Source: Nitrososphaeraceae archaeon
Lineage (GTDB): Archaea > Thermoproteota > Nitrososphaeria > Nitrososphaerales > Nitrososphaeraceae
NCBI GenBank assembly: GCA_035297365.1
Contig: DATGZA010000086.1
Coordinates: forward strand, 1-18,641
Length of the DNA: 18,641 nt
Reading direction: 5' to 3'
A model generated the notes under the pieces. That model saw only the letters and a list, made by a program, of their open reading frames with translations, searched no databases and was not told the origin of the DNA. Position numbers and translations under genes: made by a program. Shown piece after piece: positions 1 to 10,782 of the stretch; position 1 is the first letter of the stretch; each line of letters opens with the position of its first letter.

Positions 1-92
1 TTGAAGGTCAAACTATTGAAGACAATGCAGTCAAATTTGATAACATAATCCTGATCAGAAAAGACGGAATTAAGCAACTTCAAGGCCGGTAA
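1..92 (+). CDS. 3' end of a CDS entering from upstream, product unknown
   Basis: Open frame from position 3 reads EGQTIEDNAVKFDNIILIRKDGIKQLQGR, ending in TAA at 90-92, followed by T-rich terminator-like sequence. Confidence 0.65.
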   Translation, partial: EGQTIEDNAVKFDNIILIRKDGIKQLQGR

Positions 93-156
93 CACACCTT
101 TGGATTTTTGTTTCTCCTACTTAGATTTTTATAATATTTTAGTAATTTGTACCTGT

Positions 157-542
157 TTAATTTTGTAGTATATAGAACCAGTTGAAGAAAATAGATCCAG
201 TTTTTGGGATACAGATTTTATTTTAAATTGGTTGGTGCACTCCAAGGATCCCACTTTCTAAACGCTTACATGATTTTCTATTGATCTTACGTATGTTAAT
301 TAATAAATCTAGAAATACTAAATTTACAGGGGTAATAATATCATATGCAGAAAATATACTGTTTGTATCACTTAGTGTGTTTTGCAGATCAAAAATTAGA
401 AGTAAGCAAGTTTTTTCGTTCATTTATACATGTCTACCTCTTTCTTGGAATAAACCTTTCCCGAATAAATGCTGTAAAAATTTCCTATTTGTTCTTAGTT
501 TGACGAATAAACACAAGTTTCAATGACTTTTGTAAATTTCAT
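157..542 (-). pseudogene. Decayed VOC/glyoxalase-family gene
   Basis: From ATG at 542: MKFTKVIETCVYSSN*EQIGNFY, frameshift, LFQERGRHV*MNEKTCLLLIFDLQNT...I*NKICIPKTGSIFF. This follows the VOC pattern ETCxY..DL....FY / GRHVF / LLIF / SIYF. It explains ORF 223..423. Confidence 0.65.
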
Positions 543-753
543 CTAATATTTTTTCATATTGAATTTTAATGTATATTTTCAAAGCATTTGTTACATTTTC
601 TGGTTCTGCAGAAATAAGAGGTTTTTTATAATACTACCGAAAACTGGACCTTGCAGACCATTTATGAATAATATTTCCTAATCAACTTTAATATTGAGAC
701 AAAATTTAATTACTACATAATAAAATGAATAATCTATAGTCAATAGTATAAAA

Positions 754-761
754 CTTAATAT
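754..761 (+). promoter_or_regulatory. TATA box with A-rich BRE for the 785 gene (leaderless)
   Basis: AAAA followed by CTTAATAT, 31-24 nt upstream of ATG 785. Confidence 0.5.
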
Positions 762-784
762 TGTTTAAGGTCTGATAATACTAT

Positions 785-1339
785 ATGTCTTCCCAAAAAG
801 ATAACATAAAGGAAAGTACTAACAAGATTAAAGAATCGTCTGACAAATACGTGGAACAACAAAACCAACAAATTAAGGATACAGCAGCTAACATATCAGA
901 CACAACAGAAAATATTACTGAAAGCGTAAATAGATTTCAAGAAGATAATAGAAGAATCTTCGAAAAGAATGTAGATACATTCAGGAAATATCAAGACCAA
1001 ATCAGCAAAACTTCGCAGGAAATATCAAATAACTCCGTTGAATTACAAAAAAATATCATTAGTACATATCAATCATCGTACGTTCAATTCTTGGACAACA
1101 TCTCAAAGTCATATTGGCAAAATTTCAAGATTCCAGAAAGATACTCTGAGACATATAATTCATTGAACAAAAATATACAGGATGGTACAGTCAACGCAAC
1201 AAATTTGATAAATGAGGTTATAGTAGGCAGTGTGGAAAATTTTAATAAAACATTAGAACTCACACAAAAGTATTATAACGATATTTTACAAAATAACTTT
1301 AATTACGCAAGGAAAATAGAAAGATCGTATAACAGATAA
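785..1339 (+). CDS. Q/N-rich helical hypothetical protein, phasin/apolipophorin-like (paralog 1)
   Basis: 184-aa ORF with amphipathic helical periodicity, no Cys and one Pro. Followed by a T-tract near 1351-1363. Confidence 0.85.
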   Translation: MSSQKDNIKESTNKIKESSDKYVEQQNQQIKDTAANISDTTENITESVNRFQEDNRRIFEKNVDTFRKYQDQISKTSQEISNNSVELQKNIISTYQSSYVQFLDNISKSYWQNFKIPERYSETYNSLNKNIQDGTVNATNLINEVIVGSVENFNKTLELTQKYYNDILQNNFNYARKIERSYNR

Positions 1340-1755
1340 ATAAAAATTCATTTTTTTCTTTTTACCAATTATGATACTCTTGCCTTATTAGAATTTTTAA
1401 TAATCTAATTCATAATTTATCAAAAATACTCCAATATATGCATTATTGAAATCCTTCATGACAGGTGAAACTGAAACATATTACCTTGTTAGCATTTTCC
1501 GCTGAGATCCTGTACTCAGCACCATCTTATACTATAAAGTACTTTTATAGAATTAATAATTAATAATTGGACTAGATATTATCATTCTTGATTTTTCTCT
1601 TCTGGCAAAATATTCTTAGTTTCATCCACAAGATAATCTGCAAAACATGTGATTTTTCTGACATAATATTTCATCTTGTTATTCAATTATTGTTGCTATA
1701 AAGTAATGAGTGGGCTTATTCTTATATATTTTTGGCATAGACTATTTTTTACATA

Positions 1756-2043
1756 TTGGTGATTATTGCACCGCATTCTTATTACAAAGATAAAAATGGT
1801 GTGTTATTTGGAGAACAAAAAATGGAATTTACCAATGTTGATTTTTATTATATATTAAAAAAACTGACGTTAAATTTAACTCAGATGGAGAAGGACTATG
1901 TAATTGCTAATTGGTATCACCGTAACTATAACTCAGTAACAACTAGAGCAAAATTATTTCAGTTCTTTTTAAAAAAAAGGAGTTTGGGGACTAAAATAAT
2001 AGAAATCAAATTGAAAAATCGGAAAGTGACAAACAGACGGTAA
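1756..2043 (+). CDS. Hypothetical protein (possible true start ATG 1822)
   Basis: 95-aa ORF with no recognisable motif. Confidence 0.4.
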   Translation: MVIIAPHSYYKDKNGVLFGEQKMEFTNVDFYYILKKLTLNLTQMEKDYVIANWYHRNYNSVTTRAKLFQFFLKKRSLGTKIIEIKLKNRKVTNRR

Positions 2044-2129
2044 TTCTGAAGGTATTGGAAAAGGAGATATTCTTGAACATTATTTAGTATTAATAAATTT
2101 TAAAGCAGAATTTTTTATATGAATATTTT

Positions 2130-2369
2130 GTGATATGTGTTTTAAATAAAATCCAAAACGTACATGATTAGAATAAATTAATTCACAAATGAGTCAGATC
2201 AAAGGATGAAAACTATTTAGGAAATTTGCTTTCAAATTATGAAAAATATATAACTCTACAAGGAAAACGAATCTATGAAATTCCGATCGAATGTATTGAT
2301 ATGTATAACGGAAGTGAATTATTTTTAAGTATAAATTCTGAGGAACTCTATAAATACAAAACCCTGTAA
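2130..2369 (+). pseudogene. PRC-barrel/DUF2171-like small protein pseudogene
   Basis: One frame reads HD*NKLIHK*VRSKDENYLGNLL...GKRIYEIPIECIDMYNGSELFLSINSEELYKYKTL*. It resembles a Nitrososphaeraceae family (DW..IIHKGVRSKD..YNG.EV.L) recalled from memory. Stops are TAG 2169-71 and TGA 2190-92. The start is approximate. Confidence 0.65.
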
Positions 2370-2792
2370 TAAATTTTTTTTAAAACAAGAAAAGAAAAAG
2401 AACAAAATAAGTTTAGGAACATTACTTGGAATAGTACTTTTTTCAATTTTCTATCAATGGACGGTCTATTTGATATTTTAGCAACCTGCGTATACGTCAT
2501 AGCAAGTTAAGAGCAATTCAACTTATATTATGAATGGAATTTTTGCCTGTCATAGGACTGCAAAGTTTTTCATTATTTGATATATGAATGTCAAATTCAG
2601 GACTTCGTCTGATTCCATTCAGATCCATATGCATAATATTTCTGCGATGCCTAGAGTATCAGATTGTTTATCACATGTGGAAGAAATTCTCCCCCATTAG
2701 AAAATAAAATCATATGTAGAATGCTTGCAATATGTTTTTATTAATTTTCATGCCCTTATGATCCTGTACACCCACTCCTTATAAGTAAGAAT

Positions 2793-3356
2793 ATGCAGAA
2801 TTATGTATTGATATCTGAACAAATCTTGAACCATAGATTATCTAAGAAGATAAAGAATATAGAAAAAGATATCAAAAAAAAAGAGAAGAATGCTGAATTG
2901 AAGGAGCAACATTTACCTAACAAATTCGGACATCCTATTATCTACCAGGTCAAAAATCAAAAAACTATTCCATCAACCTATGTTGTAGACGGGGATATCA
3001 CGCAAGATCAAAAAGAAATTATTAAGACAGTTAGAGAGATTGCAAGCTACTACATAAAACTTCACATGGATATGATTAATACTTATAACTCGATATATTC
3101 AAATTTATTACAGGATATTTCCGATTCGTCATTGGATTATTTTCCTATCCATAAAAAAGTTACACATCGTATGTTCTATGAAACAAATAGGTATGCCAGT
3201 TCAATTAGAAATGCAGGCAACTCGCAAAAATTTATAGACAATATTGTAAACAAAAATTTGAACACCTTTATTAAATCCATGGAGATTACACAAAGATTTT
3301 ACCAAGACATAATTCAGAGTTATTTGGATTGTGTAAAAAAAATAGACCGCTCATGA
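2793..3356 (+). CDS. Helical hypothetical protein, paralog 2 of the 785 gene
   Basis: C-terminus FIKSMEITQRFYQDIIQSYLDCVKKIDRS aligns with FNKTLELTQKYYNDILQNNFNYARKIERS of the 785 product. Confidence 0.8.
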   Translation: MQNYVLISEQILNHRLSKKIKNIEKDIKKKEKNAELKEQHLPNKFGHPIIYQVKNQKTIPSTYVVDGDITQDQKEIIKTVREIASYYIKLHMDMINTYNSIYSNLLQDISDSSLDYFPIHKKVTHRMFYETNRYASSIRNAGNSQKFIDNIVNKNLNTFIKSMEITQRFYQDIIQSYLDCVKKIDRS

Positions 3357-3709
3357 AATTGTTTTATTTTCGTTTACGACCTAAATTTAATCGTTATAAT
3401 TAGGGAATTAGGTTAAAAATTTTTAATTTTAAATAAATTTCGATTATTAAAACCAAAATATAAATTGCAGACTATCTGCTAACTGTAGACCCGTCACTTC
3501 CGCAATCTCATAATGTTTAATATTTCTCACGTATGCGCTGAATCTCATGATGAATTTTTATATTATTATAGCTGCGATAAGCGGAATGTAATCTATCAAC
3601 AAAATTATCGGTAATTCTAAAATAACCAAAGGTGAAATTATGATCTAGTTGTGTAAGAATAGCTCCCACCCTATTTGAAATTGCACATTTGTCAACAGCA
3701 AATCTTTTT

Positions 3710-3737
3710 ATATGTATCTTGGAATATGTATCTTGGA
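3710..3737. repeat. Perfect 14-bp tandem duplication
   Basis: ATATGTATCTTGGA occurs twice head to tail. Confidence 0.9.
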
Positions 3738-4129
3738 TTCGGTAACTTTTATAAGAAAATAAAATTCCTAGGTCTTGCGTTATCCATTCTGATAAATGCT
3801 TATTTTGTGATAACTATAGAATTTTGTCATAGTGTAGAATTCATTTCTACCGTATCAAGGATTTAAAAATAATAGGAAAGGTCTTTTTTGACTGTATATA
3901 AAATAAAGCGTAACAAACTTTTTCTACGCGATGTGAGCAACTAGACCCAAAATAACAAACAAGAATTTTTCTTATTTTTCATTAAGATATTTTTAAAATT
4001 AAGATGATTTTAACGAGACTTTAACGTTATGTTGATTAAATAATAATAAGAATTTATCGTTAGATTAATCTTTTAAATTATTAAATCTTCGACAAAAGTT
4101 TTTTGCTTAGATACTCTTATTAAATTTTA

Positions 4130-4366
4130 ATGCCCAAGGCATATATCTTAATTAACTGTAAATCGGGTAATGAAACCCTTGTTGCTGCAACTATTAAATC
4201 AATAGAGGATGTATTGACATGTAGTATAGTTTATGGCGTATATGATATCATAGTTGAAATATTATTTGACAAAATTGGTGATCTAGAAGATATAATTCAA
4301 AAAAGGATTAGAAAAATTATCAACATACAGTCCACTATGACATTGATTCCTTATGATTTTAATTGA
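4130..4366 (+). CDS. Stand-alone Lrp/AsnC ligand-binding (RAM) domain protein
   Basis: Motifs AYILINC..G.E, VYGVYDIIVEI and IRKIINIQSTMTL. 78 aa, no HTH. Confidence 0.92.
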   Translation: MPKAYILINCKSGNETLVAATIKSIEDVLTCSIVYGVYDIIVEILFDKIGDLEDIIQKRIRKIINIQSTMTLIPYDFN

Positions 4367-4570
4367 GTGAAATCGTTTAAAATTCTTCAGCCATCTAGAC
4401 TGTCAAGATAATTACATATAAACAATTAGAATCCACAAAAAATTTATGCTTCAAATTATTATTATTCGTTCTGCACATTTTGGACGTTCGCATATCCAGA
4501 TGTTAAAATACAAAATAGTTAAACGAATACGATGACTTCCTTTATTAAGTTTAGATACGTAAATGATTGG

Positions 4571-4813
4571 TTATTTTGAACAATAATTAAAAACATGAGA
4601 AGAATCTAAATTTCTTTCAATCCAATCAACTAATTTCTCCTGATCTTCGGGTTGTAATTCATTAATAGGTGACCCGTAATCCGATCCCATTACTACGTAA
4701 CACATATTACCAAATATATTTTCTATATCCGCGATTTTATCAAATAACAATTTGATATTTTTATCTATTTTCATATCCTGACGAACTGCAGTAAAGGATA
4801 ATCCTTCTCCCAT
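4571..4813 (-). CDS. Hypothetical protein
   Basis: 80-aa ORF with ATG start and protein-like composition. AT-rich TATA-like sequence lies about 25 nt upstream. Confidence 0.7.
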   Translation of the reverse strand: MGEGLSFTAVRQDMKIDKNIKLLFDKIADIENIFGNMCYVVMGSDYGSPINELQPEDQEKLVDWIERNLDSSHVFNYCSK

Positions 4814-5397
4814 CTCAAATCTTGATAATCAATTATATTATTTGAATCAAAAACTTTTCCTTCTCTATTCTAGGTTAACTTGCTAAAATATTATTACAAC
4901 TTTATTCATCCATCGATGCAAATATTTGTAATAATTAAAAGCATATTATATTTTCTTTCCCTTCGATATTCTTATACAAATTTAGAGTCTAAAGATTTAA
5001 TCGAAAATAAGACTGATTCATATCCTTCATAATTATTTCGGAAATATATTATAATATGAAAGAAAGGTATCGATGTTTTAGGATAAATACACTTCGAATA
5101 GAAATTATAATTGATTAGTTTTTATTTTTATAAAAGACTTTGAATTTATATTTTCATCGATTTTACAAATATAACCTCTATATCTTCAATTGGAATTCTA
5201 CACCTCCATATAATTTATGTGACCCATTTTCAATTATATGTCTAGGTCTTATTAAAAATATGATTATACTTAAAATCTTGTATAGAATACTATAATTTTC
5301 TTACTAAAATTAAATATAAACATTTTATATTATTATTAAAATTTACAATAATTTGGGATCATCTAAAATTATTTTTCAATTATTTTCCTATAATCAA

Positions 5398-5555
5398 TTA
5401 TTGATTAGGTTTCTCTGCAATTCGATATAGTTGTTTGTAGTCTTTGTTGGTGTCAATAATTTATTTCTGTTTTAAATTTACAAATTTTGGATTGTTTTCA
5501 TATACCTTCCAGGTCTCATCTTGAATTTTTTTTCACTAAAATTATCGGATTGCAT
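5398..5555 (-). pseudogene. Remnant of a small helical hypothetical protein
   Basis: MQSDNFSEKK, then a frameshift in an A-run, then IQDETWKVYENNPKFVNLKQK*IIDTNKDYKQLYRIAEKPNQ*. Confidence 0.4.
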
Positions 5556-6046
5556 ATTTTTAATATTCTACCTAGCATACGGAAGTTTACAAATTACCAA
5601 TAACACAATATGTCTTTTGTGCCTGATAATCTTGAATTTTTAGATATTTGTTTTAATATTAATACCTGCAATAAAATAATAAAAACATAAATCTAGATAA
5701 AAATCAGTCTTTTGAAAGAATCATAATTATTTTCTAGATTAGTGAATCAATTATCATCCAATTGATATTCTAAAAACATTCTGCCAAAATTATAGTTATT
5801 AATTAAAATTTTCCTATTTTTACTCCAGAAGAGGGTTTATAACTCTAAGTATTAGAATTCTCTGAAAATAAACAGAGGATTTACTAATATAATACTTGTT
5901 ATTAAATTTATTGTGTTCATTTTATATCTATATAGTTTATGAGCTAAAAATAATATACTATCTTTTGTATCTCGATTTAGGTGATTCTAAAGCATGAATA
6001 TATTAGAAATAGGATTCTCATTTAAAAGAGGCTAGAACATCTAAAT

Positions 6047-6247
6047 ATGTTTAACGAGAAGACAAATGTCATATACTCAATTACGGAACTATATCACACT
6101 CTTTGTATTGATAGAAAGGAAATAATAATGAGTCAAATTGAGGAATATGAAAATCTATCAAAGTATACAGCATATAAAAACGATCATTTACCAAATAAAA
6201 TTTAAATTGAAAGTTTAAAATCAGTTTTGAATTTTTTTAAACTTTAA
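6047..6247 (+). pseudogene. Small helical hypothetical protein with one internal stop (or a truncated 52-aa CDS)
   Basis: MFNEKTNVIYSITELYHTLCIDRKEIIMSQIEEYENLSKYTAYKNDHLPNKI*IESLKSVLNFFKL*. The TAA at 6203-05 interrupts an apparent 'E-I-x-x-LK' helix. Confidence 0.55.
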
Positions 6248-6727
6248 GACGTCAATTGAATTAGTTTAAATGTCTAATATTGGTTACGCTTAATATAAAT
6301 AAAACTCAGCAGAAACCATCTATAAAATAACGAAAATTATCATGCTTTGAAAATCGTGTCATATACATCTCAAATTCAAATATGCATTTTGCATTCGTAT
6401 CAATCTAGATACTATTCCTTCATCAAACAGTCTTTTCATGATCCAAAAATTCTTTCATTTATCTTACATTGATAGTAAGTTAACAATGTCGAAGTAACTA
6501 CTTTTTAATGTTTGATATTTAAACCCAGTTATCCAAATAAGTAGATCTTTATAACTTCAAATTTTAATACTCTATTTTTTCAGTTTGTCTATAAGAAGTA
6601 TAGAAATGTCTTTGCTGTAATTTCTTTAACTGCTACAACTGCTGACAATAATTAACAAATCTAGAATATTTTTTGATATGCCAAATTAATATAAAATTTG
6701 AACTATCATGCACTCTACAGTAAAAAT

Positions 6728-6925
6728 TTAATGTCTTGACTGTTTCTTCTTTTCTCCTTTTCCTGAATGTGCAATTTTTCTATGAATATCCATTCGGTCT
6801 TTATTATCGAATTCCATCTTACATACCTTACATTTGAAAATTTCGTGATCATCTTTGGTTTTATAAAATTTTTCTTTGAATTTAAATAAATTTGAGATTT
6901 TGGATCTGGCTTTATCTTTAGACAT
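6728..6925 (-). CDS. Small C2H2 zinc-finger protein
   Basis: Motif FKCKVCKMEFDNKDRMDIHRKIAH with basic flanks. TTAAATAA lies 25 nt upstream (6950-6957, minus strand). Confidence 0.88.
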   Translation of the reverse strand: MSKDKARSKISNLFKFKEKFYKTKDDHEIFKCKVCKMEFDNKDRMDIHRKIAHSGKGEKKKQSRH

Positions 6926-6963
6926 CAGACAAAATGTAACAATAGCCTATTATTTAATTATCG

Positions 6964-6978
6964 GTTAACTTCGTTAAC
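6964..6978. promoter_or_regulatory. Palindromic candidate transcription-factor site
   Basis: GTTAAC-TTC-GTTAAC sits directly upstream of the BRE/TATA of the 6925 gene. Confidence 0.4.
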
Positions 6979-7344
6979 TGATATGTAATCAAATTCTCCC
7001 AGATGATTAACGATATATTTGGAATGTTAAAGTTAATATTGATCTCGTTGGTGTCAAATCAATCTTTACAACCATGAAATATTAGTAAAAAAGAGAATTG
7101 GCAGGATTATGCTAGTCAAGACAGGAATTTGTGATAATTTTGCCAATAATTAGAATATAAAAATAATACTAAATTGCATGTTGAGATCAAATATTTCTAT
7201 ATAAGAGTAATACTAGCAACATTTGTCTAATTGGAAATAAACAACTGTAGTAATCTTCAGATTAAGATGGAATATCTTTTCTATTAAACTTTTATGTATC
7301 ATTAAAATACCAAATATGCTTTAAAAAAATATGAATAGATTGTT

Positions 7345-8885
7345 TTGACAAATGATTTTATTCAACCATATTATGATGCCATACTTATAGGAGTGGAACA
7401 TAACGCTTTAACTTGTGCCTGTTATTTAGCTAGATTTGGACTTAAAGTTCTAGTAATAGAAAAATATGGTTCTTTCGGCGTTATGACAATAACTGAAGAA
7501 ATAACTCTACCAAGATATATGTCTGATGTACATGCTTTTGGTTATCAACTTGCCAATTTGTCTCCATTTCCTGATGAATTACATCTTCATAAGTATGGGT
7601 TTGAGTTAATAAAATCAGAGATCTGCTACTCATATTTTTCCAGATGGTGGTTCTATCTCTATGTATCGAGATATATAAAAAACGGTTAAGAGCCTGGAAA
7701 GTACCAAAAAAAGATGCTCAAACATGGATAAAGTTATTTGAATCATATAAAAAAGAAAAAAAGGATATTGTTTCTTTTATTAATTCATCTCCAGAATTAC
7801 TATCCTCCAAAATAAAAAAAATGGAAAAAAGAGTTGCTGACGAGATAATATTAAACAGATATCGATTTTTCATTCAATCAATGAGATCTTGGTGCAATGA
7901 ACATTTTGAATCTGAAGAGGCACCGAGTTATGTTTGGAACCTTTGGAGTATTTGTAGGACTTTCTCCGGATGATGCATGGGTACATCACTATCTTACCTT
8001 TTTTCCAGTATAATACAAGATGAAGGTAACAATGTAGTAAGAGGCGGCTTCATAAACCTACCATTAGCATTAGCAAGATATCTTAAAACAAATGGAGGAA
8101 GTATAATTACCAAATGTGGCGTTGACAAGATAATTATAAAAAATACATTAATAATTAATCACATAGGGAAAGAAAATGTAAATTCGATAATTGTGAAACA
8201 AATGAAAAATTTGAAATGGGGAGATTCTATCTTCGCTATTTATATTGCTTTAAAAAATCCCATTAAGTCCAAAGAAAATACTGAAGTCACAAATTCAACT
8301 CAACTTCATCTTTCACCCCCTTCTGTAGAATACCTTTCAAAGATATTTTATGAATGTAGAAGCGGTAAGATTCCCGCTGAACCCCTACCTATAATGAGTA
8401 ATGATTCTATGGCAGATGTAAGCAGAACGCCATAGGGAAAACATCTACTTAAATTTCTTGTGCTAAGTGTTCCTTACAAAATTAAATACTACAAAGACAT
8501 TGATGAGAAAAATGAAGAAAATATATATTTAGCAAATGCTGAAAATTGGAATTATTTAAAGGAAAATATGCTGACTCAATTGTATCCTTTATAACAGAAA
8601 ATTATCTACCAAATTTAAAAAACGAGACCATAAAAAGAGTTAGTATTTTCACCATTAGATTTTGAAAATATACCAACAAACACAAGATTTGGAACACTCT
8701 CATGTGGTGCAGTCACTCCCTAACAATTATTTAATATGAGGCCGATTCCAGAATTGTCGAATTATAAAATTCTTTCAATACAGAATGTATACTTATGTGG
8801 ATCGGGCAACCATCCCTGACCCGGAGTATCAATGGCACCTGACAGAAATGCAGCACAAGTAATACTTTCGGATTTAAAATTATGG
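7345..8885 (+). pseudogene. NAD(P)/FAD-dependent oxidoreductase, phytoene dehydrogenase-like (COG1233), fragmented
   Basis: Degenerate Rossmann motif YDAILIGVEHNALTCACYLA, then HIFPDGGS, GGFINLPLALA, RTP*GKH, MRPIPELSNYK and VYLCGSGNHP*PGVSMAPDRNAAQVIL. Several frameshifts, and stops at 7676, 8433, 8721 and 8817. It merges four ORF-track entries. Confidence 0.92.
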
Positions 8886-9410
8886 ATATTAATTTATTTG
8901 GATATACCTAGATCAGATCAACCAACTTTACTAATCAACCTTGTAGATATCTTTCGTTTTTACTCCCGTTCTTTTAGAATGATTAAAAATGTTGTAAAGA
9001 TTAAAAATCTCTTGAAATTTGTAACTATTTAATATATATTTGGATTTTGCCAACTAGATATAGAAAAAAAATGCTAGTTTCTATTACGTTAGAATCTTTA
9101 TAACACCTATATGAAATATTAAGAGACAATTTCTGCTGGCTTACCGAAGGAAATCCAAAATCAAAAGTTGTCCTTACAACAAGAGGATCAGGGTGATTAT
9201 TTGACGGTCAACACAGTGCTTAACATGACTGGGCATTCTGTGGTTGGTTATAAAAAATTCCGAATATGAAATATTTAGAAGAAATGAATTGTGGTTGAAT
9301 TTCCAGAGAATGTTATAAGAGAAAAGGCAATGTTATGACTATTGATAAAAAGACATATGTAAAGAGAGCCACGTTATTATCATACTAGAATTACTTTTCT
9401 ATGATGTGAA

Positions 9411-9444
9411 CAAAATCATTTCAAATGCAAAATCATTTCAAATG
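9411..9444. repeat. Perfect 17-bp tandem duplication
   Basis: CAAAATCATTTCAAATG occurs twice head to tail. Confidence 0.9.
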
Positions 9445-9461
9445 CAAAAAATATAAAATTA

Positions 9462-9752
9462 TTATAATATTTTTTTAGCTTCAAGCTGTATCAATAGTAC
9501 TACAGATTCGTCTATTCCCAAGATTTCAGCAATTCTTATAGGCTGTGTATCTAATATAGATTCTAAAGTAAACCCTGATTCAAATAAAATATCTTTTAGT
9601 CCTTGTGCAATTTCAATAAAATTAATCCTTTCATCACGAATGGGAGAAAACGACGATTCTAAAATTTTAAACTTCTTGGTGATTACGGCTAGTTCTAAAT
9701 CATGTATGGAGGAATCATCATATGCAGTAGAATCGCGCTCAACAACTTTCAT
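9462..9752 (-). CDS. Hypothetical protein with a helix-hairpin-helix-like (RadA N-domain-like) C-terminus
   Basis: Segment IEIAQGLKDILFESGFTLESIL...IAEILGIDESVVLLIQLEAKK. TTTATTAA lies about 25 nt upstream. Confidence 0.75.
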   Translation of the reverse strand: MKVVERDSTAYDDSSIHDLELAVITKKFKILESSFSPIRDERINFIEIAQGLKDILFESGFTLESILDTQPIRIAEILGIDESVVLLIQLEAKKIL

Positions 9753-10196
9753 ATACTAATATATATCTTATAATTAATAAAGTTGTTTAATTTTCTGGTA
9801 AAAAACAACAGAATCATTTTTCATAAAATATTCTATAAAAATCATAGTAAATTAATAAATTGTAGTTTTATTATTTCGTTTAGCCATTTTATGTATAGAT
9901 ATCAATAATTGGTCTAAAGTTTATCATTGAATAATAACAATAATGTCAATTTTTATGATATAATTTCAAGATTGACGACTCCCAGTAGAATCATTATTTT
10001 TCAGATATCATCTATTTTTAATGAACGAGATGAAGTTGCCATTTTTGGGTGAAATCCAAGATATGATATTATTTTACGGTCTTTTCAATATTCTTATTAC
10101 TATTAAGTGTTGTAATCTATTTTTGTTTAATCGTATTATATGACAATAGTAATAATGTAATTTTTTTAATGTCGAAAAAGGATATTAGAAAGAAAG

Positions 10197-10373
10197 ATGT
10201 ATTATTTTTTAATGTTCGGTTTCGGTATATATCTTATACATCTGGTAGATTTTTTAAGTACCAAAAAATTTAAGAAATGTCAGTTTTGTAATATGATTTT
10301 TAAAAATAAGAATGAACTTGATCTTCACCTTAATCAAAATCATTCAAACCCTTCTAGTGCTAAACAAACATAA
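10197..10373 (+). CDS. Small C2H2 zinc-finger protein (not in the ORF track)
   Basis: MYYFLMFGFGIYLIHLVDFLSTKKFKKCQFCNMIFKNKNELDLHLNQNHSNPSSAKQT*. Canonical C-x2-C-x3-F-x5-L-x2-H-x4-H. The start codon is uncertain. Confidence 0.8.
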   Translation: MYYFLMFGFGIYLIHLVDFLSTKKFKKCQFCNMIFKNKNELDLHLNQNHSNPSSAKQT

Positions 10374-10542
10374 TATTCCAAATAATCTTCTTGTTTTTAC
10401 TAAAATGTAATGTAAGAACATAAAATATAACGTTTTAATATTAATACAATAATTAACGTAATTCGTTAGATTGATGTAGATTCAGTATTAATGTAATTTG
10501 TATATCTTTGCTTATATGTATCGACCTAACATTTTGCTTATA

Positions 10543-10782
10543 ATGTCATCAAGACAAAGTCGCCTCAAAAAAACAAATAAAAAAAATGATTGTGACTGAT
10601 TAGTCAATCTTTTCCCTACATTAAACAAAAAAATTATTCAAAATTCTATTGATACAGCCAGAATGATGAACGATAACGATAATTTAATTGGGAAAATAGA
10701 GACCTTCAATCGAACAATAGAAGTAGTTCAAAGATATTATACTTCTTTCATTGAAAACTTTAAGGGTTCTTCGTATTTTTAA
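10543..10782 (+). pseudogene. Third, shortened paralog of the 785 family with an internal TGA
   Basis: MSSRQ...CD*LVNLFPTLNKKIIQNSIDTARMMNDNDNLIGKIETFNRTIEVVQRYYTSFIENF aligns with LNKNIQDGTVNATNLINEVIVGSVENFNKTLELTQKYYNDILQN. TGA at 10597-99. Confidence 0.75.

Noticed and set aside
281-526. ORF 281..526 (+)
   Set aside because: Antisense shadow of the glyoxalase pseudogene.
1532-1550. Palindrome CTATAAA-GTACT-TTTATAG (similarly TAATCAA-TTA-TTGATTA at 5391-5407)
   Set aside because: Short AT-rich arms with no clear promoter context.
3517-3813. IS6-family transposase remnant (RFAVD.., RLHSAY)
   Set aside because: The motif spacing is too short and no DDE residues or terminal IRs were seen.
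3675-3866. ORF 3675..3866 (+)
   Set aside because: TTG start and no motif. It overlaps a longer minus-strand open frame.
8832-9032. ORF 8832..9032 as a separate gene
   Set aside because: It is the C-terminus of the oxidoreductase pseudogene plus probable read-through sequence.
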